DNA of 62,304 nt, filler included. It is 3 parts of 3 records of this genome, joined end to end, with 100 filler letters (N's around TTAATTAATTAA, not from the genome) between each part and the next. Parts side by side here need not be neighbours in the genome. Positions count along the whole stretch, not along the records: positions 1 to 24,890 come from DRR723986_7186; 2 more parts are not named here. One strand, 5' to 3'. The position numbers were made by a program, and so were the translations under genes. A model generated the notes under the pieces. It was not told the origin of the DNA. It did no database searches and saw nothing but the letters and a program-made list of their open reading frames with translations. Below are positions 9,681 through 17,528 of this stretch, piece by piece. The first letter of the stretch is position 1; the number at the start of each line of letters is the position of its first letter.

Positions 9681-10249
9681 TGCAAAACACTGCGCTGACC
9701 GGCGGTTTTGAAAACGCCCCCGTGCAATCGGCCATTGCCTTTCGTGCCTGCCTCGAGGCCATGGCGCGCCCCGGCACTGTGCACCAGCTAGATGGCGGGG
9801 CCGCCCCCGCCCCATGCTCGGCCGCGGCGGCCACTGCGCTGCTTACATTCTGCGACGCTGAAATGCCGGTATTTCTGGCGCCCAGCCACGACAGCCCCGA
9901 TATGCGCGATTGGCTGGCCTTTCATATCGGCGCCAGCATTGTGGCGCCAGAAAACGCAATGTTCGCGCTTGGCACATGGGACAGCCTGCAGCCGCTATCG
10001 CGCTTTGCCATAGGCACGCCCGACTATCCCGATAGATCCGCCACGCTGATCATCGAACTGCCCAGCCTTTCGGCCAGCGGCGCGCAACTTAGTGGGCCCG
10101 GTATCAAAGCGCACGCCTATCTGTCGCTGCCCTCGGTGGCCGAGTTTCAGCAAAACGCCGCGCGGTTTCCTTTGGGCTGGGATGCGCTTTTCACCTGTGG
10201 ACACCAGCTGGCCGCCCTTCCCCGCAGCACAAAAATCGAGGCATCCTGA
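9680..10249 (+). CDS. phnH: C-P lyase subunit PhnH
   Basis: FRACLEAMARPG, GTPDYPDRSATLI, GPGIK, FPLG, ALPRS. Confidence 0.95.
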   Translation: MQNTALTGGFENAPVQSAIAFRACLEAMARPGTVHQLDGGAAPAPCSAAAATALLTFCDAEMPVFLAPSHDSPDMRDWLAFHIGASIVAPENAMFALGTWDSLQPLSRFAIGTPDYPDRSATLIIELPSLSASGAQLSGPGIKAHAYLSLPSVAEFQQNAARFPLGWDALFTCGHQLAALPRSTKIEAS

Positions 10250-11349
10250 TGTATGTTGCCGTAAAGGGTGGCGAACGCGCCATCGACAATGCCCATGACT
10301 GGCTGGCAGACGAACGCCGCGGCCCCCGCGATATTGCCGAGCTGAGCATCGCCCAAATTCGCCACCAGCTGGCGCTGGCGGCAAACCGGGTGATGGCCGA
10401 GGGATCGCTCTATGATCCGGATCTGGCGGCACTGGCCATCAAACAGGCGCGCGGCGATTTGATCGAGGCTATTTTCCTGATCCGCGCCTATCGCACCACG
10501 CTGCCCCGTATCGGCCATTCGCACCCGGTAGATACCGGCGCAATGGCCTGCGATCGCCGCATCAGCGCCACGTTCAAAGACCTGCCCGGCGGGCAGGTGC
10601 TGGGCCCCACGTTTGACTACACCCACCGCCTGCTGGATTTCAAATTGCTGGCCGAAGGCCAGACCGCCGAGGCGGCCAACAGCGGCGCCACCCAGGGCAT
10701 ACCCACCCCAGCGCCCATGCCCCGCGTCAGCGATTTTCTCAATCGCGACGGGCTGATCCAAGACGAAAAGCCAGGCCCAGAAACGCCCCCCGACATGACG
10801 CGCCAGCCCATGGAATACCCAGCCGACCGGCCCTTGCGCCTGCAGGCGCTTAGCCGCGGCGACGAGGGGTTTGTGCTGGGCATGGCCTATTCCACCCAGC
10901 GTGGATATGGGCGCAACCACCCGTTTGTGGGCGAATTGCGCATCGGAAACGTGGCCGTGGAAATGGATATCCCCGAACTGGGCTTTGCCATTGAAATTGG
11001 CGAGATTACCCTGACCGAATGTGAAACGGTCAACCAGTTTGCCGGCTCGAAAACCGAACCCGCGCAGTTTACGCGCGGCTACGGGCTGGTCTTTGGCCAA
11101 ACCGAACGCAAGGCAATTTCCATGGCGCTGGTCGATCGCGCGCTGCGCTGGGAAGAGCTGGGCGAAGACAATATGGGCGCGCCCGCCCAAGACGCCGAAT
11201 TCGTGCTCAGCCACGCCGACAACATCCAAGCAACGGGGTTTTTGGAACATATCAAACTGCCCCATTACGTTGATTTCCAATCCGAGCTGGAATTGGTGCG
11301 CAAACTACGCGCCGAGGCCAGCACGCCCCTCAGCGAGGCCGCGGAATGA
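10249..11349 (+). CDS. phnI: C-P lyase subunit PhnI
   Basis: MYVAVKGGERAI, RRISATFKDLPGGQVLGPTFDYTHRLLD, HIKLPHYVDFQSEL. Confidence 0.97.
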   Translation: MYVAVKGGERAIDNAHDWLADERRGPRDIAELSIAQIRHQLALAANRVMAEGSLYDPDLAALAIKQARGDLIEAIFLIRAYRTTLPRIGHSHPVDTGAMACDRRISATFKDLPGGQVLGPTFDYTHRLLDFKLLAEGQTAEAANSGATQGIPTPAPMPRVSDFLNRDGLIQDEKPGPETPPDMTRQPMEYPADRPLRLQALSRGDEGFVLGMAYSTQRGYGRNHPFVGELRIGNVAVEMDIPELGFAIEIGEITLTECETVNQFAGSKTEPAQFTRGYGLVFGQTERKAISMALVDRALRWEELGEDNMGAPAQDAEFVLSHADNIQATGFLEHIKLPHYVDFQSELELVRKLRAEASTPLSEAAE

Positions 11350-12230
11350 CCCAAGACACCCATTACAACTTTGCCTATCTCGACGAGCAGACCAAGCGCA
11401 TGATCCGCCGCGCGCTGCTAAAGGCCATGGCCATTCCCGGCTATCAGGTGCCTTTTGCCAGCCGCGAAATGCCCATGCCCTATGGCTGGGGCACCGGCGG
11501 CGTGCAGGTATCTGCCGCCTGCCTGACCCCAAGCGACACGCTAAAAGTGATCGACCAAGGCGCCGATGACACGACCAACGCGGTATCGATCCGCAAGTTT
11601 TTTGAAAAAACCGCCCAGGTGGCCACCACCGAAAGCACCCGCGCGGCCAGCCTTATTCAAACCCGCCACCGCATCCCCGAAGAGCCGCTGCGCGAGGGGC
11701 AAATCTTGGTCTATCAGGTGCCCATTCCCGAGCCACTGCGCTTTTTGGAACCACGCGAAACCGAAACGCGCAAAATGCACGCGCTGCAAGATTACGGGCT
11801 GATGCATGTCAAACTATACGAAGATATCGCCCGCCACGGCAATATCGCCACATCTTATGCCTATCCGGTCAAGGTGCAGGGCCGCTATGTGATGGACCCC
11901 TCGCCGATACCCAAATTCGACAACCCAAAACTGCGCATGGCCGCTATTCAGCTGTTTGGCGCCGGGCGTGAACAGCGCATCTATGCCATTCCGCCCTATA
12001 CCGATGTTGTCAGCCTGGATTTCGAAGACCACCCGTTTGAGCCAAGCAAAGCCAACCATGCCTGCACCCTGTGTGGCGCCGATCACACCTATCTGGACGA
12101 GGTGATCGTGGATGATAGCGGCGGGCGCATGTTTGTCTGCTCGGACACCGATTATTGCGCAACGCGCCAGGCCACAGGTGGCGCCCCTGTACAAACTGCC
12201 ACATCCCAGCCCCAAGAGGCCCAGCCATGA
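11346..12230 (+). CDS. phnJ: C-P lyase radical SAM subunit PhnJ
   Basis: YNFAYLDEQTKRMIRR, AIPGYQVPF (catalytic Gly), CX2CX21CX5C (CTLC...FVCSDTDYC). Confidence 0.97.
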   Translation: MTQDTHYNFAYLDEQTKRMIRRALLKAMAIPGYQVPFASREMPMPYGWGTGGVQVSAACLTPSDTLKVIDQGADDTTNAVSIRKFFEKTAQVATTESTRAASLIQTRHRIPEEPLREGQILVYQVPIPEPLRFLEPRETETRKMHALQDYGLMHVKLYEDIARHGNIATSYAYPVKVQGRYVMDPSPIPKFDNPKLRMAAIQLFGAGREQRIYAIPPYTDVVSLDFEDHPFEPSKANHACTLCGADHTYLDEVIVDDSGGRMFVCSDTDYCATRQATGGAPVQTATSQPQEAQP

Positions 12231-12997
12231 CCCCGCTGTTCAGCGTGCGCGATCTGCGCAAAACCTATGGTGGCCGTATCGGCTGCACCGATGTCAGCTT
12301 TGATCTTTATCCCGGCGAGGTGATGGGAATTGTGGGTGAATCCGGCTCGGGTAAATCGACGCTGTTGAATTGCCTGGCGGGGCATCTGGCCCCGGATGCG
12401 GGCCAGGTGTTCTATGACACGCGCCACAACGGCCGGGTCGATACCCTGCGCATGGCCGAGCCCGAGCGCCGGATGTTGGGGCGCACCGATTGGGCCTTTG
12501 TGCACCAAAACGCCCGCGACGGGCTGCGCATGTCGGTCTCGGCCGGGGGAAATGTGGGCGAAAGGCTGATGGCCGTGGGCGCGCGCCACTATGGCCAGAT
12601 CCGCGCGGCGGCCACCGATTGGCTGGGGCGCGTGGAAATCGACGCCGGGCGCATCGACGACCGCCCAAGCGCATTTTCAGGCGGGATGCAGCAACGCCTG
12701 CAAATTGCCCGCAATCTGGTAACCGGCCCGCGGCTGGTGTTCATGGACGAGCCCACCGGCGGGCTGGATGTTTCTGTGCAGGCGCGCCTGCTAGACCTGC
12801 TGCGCGGCTTGGTGCGCGATATGGGCCTGTCGGCCATCATCGTGACCCATGATCTGGCGGTGGTGCGTCTGCTGGCGGACAGGTTGATGGTGATGAAAGG
12901 TGGCCATGTGGTGGAAAGCGGGTTGACCGACCAGGTGCTGGACGACCCGCAGCATGGCTATACGCAATTGCTGGTATCGAGCGTGCTGCAGGCGTGA
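12227..12997 (+). CDS. phnK: C-P lyase ATPase PhnK
   Basis: GESGSGKST, FSGGMQQRLQIARNL, DEPTGGLDVSVQARLLDL. Confidence 0.96.
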   Translation: MTPLFSVRDLRKTYGGRIGCTDVSFDLYPGEVMGIVGESGSGKSTLLNCLAGHLAPDAGQVFYDTRHNGRVDTLRMAEPERRMLGRTDWAFVHQNARDGLRMSVSAGGNVGERLMAVGARHYGQIRAAATDWLGRVEIDAGRIDDRPSAFSGGMQQRLQIARNLVTGPRLVFMDEPTGGLDVSVQARLLDLLRGLVRDMGLSAIIVTHDLAVVRLLADRLMVMKGGHVVESGLTDQVLDDPQHGYTQLLVSSVLQA

Positions 12998-13005
12998 GTG
13001 TTGCC

Positions 13006-13053
13006 ATGGGGGCCAGCCCCCATACCCCCGGAGTATTTGGAGCAAGATGAAAG
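13006..13053 (+). repeat. REP-like palindromic intergenic element between phnK and phnL
   Basis: ATGGGGGC-ca-GCCCCCAT hairpin followed by ACCCCCGGAGTATTTGGAGCAAGATGAAAG; resembles a dispersed Rhodobacteraceae repeat recalled from memory; only one copy in the window. Confidence 0.5.
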
Positions 13054-13739
13054 CGATGATCGAGATAGAGGCGGTAGCCAAACAGTTTTGCCTGCACAAC
13101 CAGGGCGGCGCGGTGATCCCGGTGCTAAGCGGCGCCGAGCTGAGCGTAAAGCCCGGGGAATGCGTGGCGCTGACGGGCAGCTCGGGCGCGGGGAAATCAA
13201 CGCTGATGCGGATGATTTATGGCAATTATGTCACGCAGTCGGGGCGTATTTTGATTGGCGGGCTGGATGTGGCGCGGGCCGAACCCCGCGAGATATTGGC
13301 GCTGCGTCGGCAGGTTTTGGGCTATGTCAGCCAGTTTTTGCGGGTGGTGCCAAGGGTGCCCACCCGCGATGTGGTGGCCGAACCGCTGCTGGCACTGGGG
13401 GTGCCCGCCGATGAGGCGCGGGCGCGGGCCGAGGTCTTGTTGAAACGGGTGCGCATTCCACAGCGGCTGTGGCAGTTGTCGCCCACCACGTTTTCGGGCG
13501 GCGAGCAGCAGCGTGTGAATATTGCACGCGGGTTTGTGCACCCCTATCCCGCGCTTTTGCTGGACGAGCCAACCGCCTCGCTGGACCCGGTGAACCGCGA
13601 AACCGTGCTGTGTTTGATCGAAGAGGCCAAGGCGCGTGGTGCGGCGATTGTTGGCATTTTCCACGATGGCCCGGCCCGTGCCAGGGTGGCTGACCGCGAG
13701 ATAGACGTGGGGCGGTTTACCCCAGGGTGGGCTGGCTGA
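13047..13739 (+). CDS. phnL: C-P lyase ATPase PhnL (start could instead be 13056)
   Basis: GSSGAGKST, GYVSQFLRVVPRV, PTTFSGGEQQRVNIARG, GIFHD. Confidence 0.95.
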   Translation: MKAMIEIEAVAKQFCLHNQGGAVIPVLSGAELSVKPGECVALTGSSGAGKSTLMRMIYGNYVTQSGRILIGGLDVARAEPREILALRRQVLGYVSQFLRVVPRVPTRDVVAEPLLALGVPADEARARAEVLLKRVRIPQRLWQLSPTTFSGGEQQRVNIARGFVHPYPALLLDEPTASLDPVNRETVLCLIEEAKARGAAIVGIFHDGPARARVADREIDVGRFTPGWAG

Positions 13740-15451
13740 TGGGCGCAGCTTTGGTCGCGGTGGTGGGGCCCTCGGGGGCGGGCAAGGACAGTTTGCTGGC
13801 CGCGCTGAAGGCCGCCGCACCCGGGGTGCATGTGATCAGGCGCCACATCACCCGCCCGGCCGGGGCCGGGGGTGAGCCACATGTGCCCCAAACGCACGAA
13901 AGCTTTGCCGCATGCCTGGCTGCGGGGGGCTATGCCTTGCACTGGCAGGCGCATGGGATGTGCTATGGTATTCCCAGCGACATTGACGCGCTTTTGGCCA
14001 AGGGCGAAACGGTGGTGTTTAACGGCTCGCGCGCGATGCTGGCGGAGGCCGCCGCCAAATACCCACAGCTGTTCGTGGTGGAAATTGTGGTGGACCGGCA
14101 GGTATTGGCCGCGCGTTTGGCGGCCCGCGGGCGCGAGGATGCCACCGAAATTGCGGCCCGTTTGGCCCGTGCCAGCCTGCCGCTTCCCGACGGGATCAAG
14201 CCTGTGAAGATCGACAATTCAGGCAGCCTAGAGGCTGCAACCCAGGCGTTTATGGCGGTGATTGCGGCCCATACCCCCGCAGCCCCGGCGCTGACAAAGG
14301 CAGAGGATAGCATGCAGGAAAAGGTTTTTGCCAATGCCACATTGGTTTTGCCCAATGAGGTGATACGCGGCAGTTTGGTGGTGCGGGCGGGCAAGATTGC
14401 GCAGATCGATAGCGGCGCGGCTGTGCCCCAAGGCGCGCTGGATCTAGAGGGGGATTTGCTGATCCCCGGCTTGGTCGAGCTGCATACAGACAATCTTGAA
14501 CGCCATATCGAGCCGCGCCCAAAGGTGGATTGGCCCCATGCAGCGGCGATTTTGGCCCATGATGGCGAGCTGGCCTCGGTGGGGATTACCACGGTTTTCG
14601 ATGCGATGCGCGTGGGGTCGATACCGCGGGGCGATGCGGGCTATCACCGCTATGCGCGCGCCTTGTCGCGCGAGGTGATGGCGATGCGTGAAAAAGGCGC
14701 GTTGCGGATCAGCCATTTTCTACATTTGCGCGCCGAGGTCTGTTCGGAAACATTGGAAGACGAGCTGGCCGAATTTGGCGTAGAAGACCGGGTTGGGCTG
14801 GTGTCGCTGATGGATCATACCCCCGGGCAGCGGCAATTTCGCGATTTGGAAAAGCTGCGCGATTATGTGCAGCGCAAGCGCGGCCTGAGCGATGCGCAAT
14901 TCAGCGAGCATGTCGATACGCTGCGCCAGCTGCGCCAGAAAAACGGTGCCCGCCACGAGGCTGCCACCGTGGCCGAGGCTGCGCGGCTGGGGGCGGTTTT
15001 GGCCTCGCATGATGATACCACGGCCGAGCATGTGCAGATATCGGCCAGCTATGGCGTGAAAATTGCCGAATTTCCCACCACACTCGAGGCCGCGCAGGCC
15101 TGCCGGGATGCGGGCATTGCGGTGATGATGGGGGGGCCGAACCTGATCAGGGGGGGCTCGCATTCGGGCAATGTGGCGGCACACACGCTGGCCCAAGCGG
15201 GGGTGTTGGATGTGATCTCGTCTGATTATGTGCCGGCCTCGTTGATGTCATCGGCGTTTTTATTGGCCGATTTATGGGGCGATCTGCCGCGCGCCATGGC
15301 AACCGTCAGCGCCACACCGGCCGCAGCCGCGGGCCTGGCCGACCGCGGGCGCCTGCAGCTTGGGCTGCATGCCGATCTGGTGCAGGTGCGGCGGCTGGAT
15401 GGCCACCCTTGCATTCGCGGCGTCTGGAGCCACGGCCGGCAGGTGGGCTAA
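13739..15451 (+). CDS. phnN-phnM: In-frame PhnN (ribose 1,5-bisphosphokinase)-PhnM (RPnTP diphosphatase) fusion ORF; internal PhnM ATG at 14312
   Basis: VVGPSGAGKDSL, RRHITR, WQAHGMCYGIP, NGSR and RLAARGRE (PhnN); then PGLVELHTDNLERH, MDHTPGQRQF, ASHDD and GGSHSGNV (PhnM); no stop codon between them. Confidence 0.9.
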   Translation: MGAALVAVVGPSGAGKDSLLAALKAAAPGVHVIRRHITRPAGAGGEPHVPQTHESFAACLAAGGYALHWQAHGMCYGIPSDIDALLAKGETVVFNGSRAMLAEAAAKYPQLFVVEIVVDRQVLAARLAARGREDATEIAARLARASLPLPDGIKPVKIDNSGSLEAATQAFMAVIAAHTPAAPALTKAEDSMQEKVFANATLVLPNEVIRGSLVVRAGKIAQIDSGAAVPQGALDLEGDLLIPGLVELHTDNLERHIEPRPKVDWPHAAAILAHDGELASVGITTVFDAMRVGSIPRGDAGYHRYARALSREVMAMREKGALRISHFLHLRAEVCSETLEDELAEFGVEDRVGLVSLMDHTPGQRQFRDLEKLRDYVQRKRGLSDAQFSEHVDTLRQLRQKNGARHEAATVAEAARLGAVLASHDDTTAEHVQISASYGVKIAEFPTTLEAAQACRDAGIAVMMGGPNLIRGGSHSGNVAAHTLAQAGVLDVISSDYVPASLMSSAFLLADLWGDLPRAMATVSATPAAAAGLADRGRLQLGLHADLVQVRRLDGHPCIRGVWSHGRQVG

Positions 15452-15473
15452 AAACAGCCGTGGCGCAGGCGCA

Positions 15474-17528
15474 TTATGGCCTGCGCCCCTCGCGCAGCCA
15501 CGCGGCTGTGATCAGCCCCGCGGCCAGCAACAGCACCAGCCACGCCGGCAACAGCGGCACCTGACGCAGGCTGAGGGTTTCATAGGCCGCGCGCGGGGTT
15601 AGCCCCAGCCAGCCACGCCCGGCAGCCGGCCGGCCCGGGCGCACATCGCGCAATTGCGGCACGCCATCGGCCAGCGCCACATAGCCCCCGCGCCCGGCGG
15701 CCAGCACCGCCGCCAGCGGCTGATCCGAGGCCAAGGTTTGCACAAATTCACGCGGTGCAGCAGGCCCCAGCCCCACCACCGCGCTGGCATCGCCTTGTGT
15801 CAGCCGGTAAAGGCCAATGTCGGGCCCGTCAAACCGCGCCTCGAATTGGCCCGGGCGGGTTTCGACCAAGGGCAAATCCACCACATCACCGGCGGGGGTT
15901 TCTACCCGGACAGGGCCCAGCCCCGGCTCTAGGCTGCGGCGGATGATGCGCATCGATTGGCCGGTGGTTTCGGCCCAAATTGCCTCTTCTTCCAGCTCGG
16001 GCTCTTTCATCATCCAATGGGCCAGGCGGCGCAGCAGTTCCAGCTGCGGGCCACCCCCCTCAAAGCCGCGATCCCACAGCCAGGCCTGATCTGAGGCCAA
16101 AAGCGCCACGCGCCCCTGGCCCACGCGATCAAGCACCAACAGCGGTTTGTCATCGGCGCCCGACATCACCACATGCCCCCGCTGCGGTGTCAATTCCACC
16201 TGCCGCATCCAGCGGCCCCAATCCCCCGGTGTGCCCGGGGGGGCCAAACCCGCCGTGACCGGGTGGCGCTGGCCAAGATCGGTAATGGCGGGGGTAAAGC
16301 CCTGTTCGATGACACGCGCGGTTGGCTCGGCCGGCAGGGCCGCGGCCAGGGGCGAGCGATAGATCGAATCTGCGCTGGCAAAATCGGGGCCAGCTGCCAC
16401 CAATAGCGCGCCGCCCTCTTCGATATAGCGGCGCACGTTATCCAGGTAGACGCCTGGCAGAATACCACGCCTTTTGTAGCGGTCGAAAATGATCAGATCG
16501 AAATCGTCGATCTTTTCCATGAACAATTCACGCGTTGGAAAGGCGATCAAGCTTAGCTCGGTCACTGGCACGCCATCTTGTTTATCGGGGGGGCGCAAAA
16601 TGGTGAAATGCACCAAATCAACCGAGGCGTCAGATTTCAGCAGGTTGCGCCAGGTGCGCCCGCCGGCATGCGGCTCGCCCGAGACCAAGAGCACCCGCAA
16701 GCGATCGCGCACACCGTTGATTTGCACCAAGGCTGTGTTGTTACGCGCGGTCAGCTCGCCCGGGGCAGTGGGCACCGAAAACTGGATAACATTGCGCCCG
16801 GCATGGGGCAGATCGATGGGCAATTGCAGGGTTTGGCCAAGCGGCACCTGAAATTGTTGCGGGGGCGCACCATCGACCGAGATGTCCAGCTGCGCACGGC
16901 CATCGCCCGTGGGGGCTGCGCCAAAATCTTCGATGCGCAGCGACAGGGTGACAGGCTCGCCCATAATGGCAAAGGCGGGGGCGTTTTCCACGATCAGGCG
17001 GCGATCCCAATCGCCCGGCAGGCCGGTGTGCAGCAGATGAAAGGGCGCGGGCAGATCAAGGCCCAGATCGCCGTCATGCACCTGACCGTCAGATAGGGCG
17101 ATAACGCCGGCAATGCGGTTGCGCGGGGCCTCGGCCATGGCGGCGGCCAATGCGCCCAGCAAGGCCGTTCCGCCATCATCGGGGCTGTCGGGCACGCTGA
17201 TGCGGCGCACTTCGGTGTTGGGCCGGGCGGCCAGGGCGGCCTGCAATTGGGCATCGGCAGTGGCGGTCAGCTGGGCGCGGTTGCCAAGGCGGTTGCTGGC
17301 GCTGTCATCGACGGCCAGAAACACGATATCGGGCAAAGGCTGGCGGTCTTCGATCTGCCAGCGTGGCCCGGCCAGGGCGGCCAGCACCACCAGCGCGGCC
17401 AAGCCCCGCAGCGCCCAGCCACCAAGGCCACGCCACAGCGCCACCGACACCGCAGCAAGGGCCAGCGCGCCCAGGCCCAGCACCAAAGGCAAGGGAAGCA
17501 GCGGCACAAATGTCAGCGTTCCGGTCAT
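15474..17528 (-). CDS. Conserved membrane protein with VWA-like and GATase-like domains (MoxR cluster)
   Basis: N- and C-terminal TM helices, DDSAS MIDAS-like motif, SDGQVHD, DLVHFTILRPPDKQDG, RRLAHWMMKEPELEEE. Confidence 0.7.
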   Translation of the reverse strand: MTGTLTFVPLLPLPLVLGLGALALAAVSVALWRGLGGWALRGLAALVVLAALAGPRWQIEDRQPLPDIVFLAVDDSASNRLGNRAQLTATADAQLQAALAARPNTEVRRISVPDSPDDGGTALLGALAAAMAEAPRNRIAGVIALSDGQVHDGDLGLDLPAPFHLLHTGLPGDWDRRLIVENAPAFAIMGEPVTLSLRIEDFGAAPTGDGRAQLDISVDGAPPQQFQVPLGQTLQLPIDLPHAGRNVIQFSVPTAPGELTARNNTALVQINGVRDRLRVLLVSGEPHAGGRTWRNLLKSDASVDLVHFTILRPPDKQDGVPVTELSLIAFPTRELFMEKIDDFDLIIFDRYKRRGILPGVYLDNVRRYIEEGGALLVAAGPDFASADSIYRSPLAAALPAEPTARVIEQGFTPAITDLGQRHPVTAGLAPPGTPGDWGRWMRQVELTPQRGHVVMSGADDKPLLVLDRVGQGRVALLASDQAWLWDRGFEGGGPQLELLRRLAHWMMKEPELEEEAIWAETTGQSMRIIRRSLEPGLGPVRVETPAGDVVDLPLVETRPGQFEARFDGPDIGLYRLTQGDASAVVGLGPAAPREFVQTLASDQPLAAVLAAGRGGYVALADGVPQLRDVRPGRPAAGRGWLGLTPRAAYETLSLRQVPLLPAWLVLLLAAGLITAAWLREGRRP

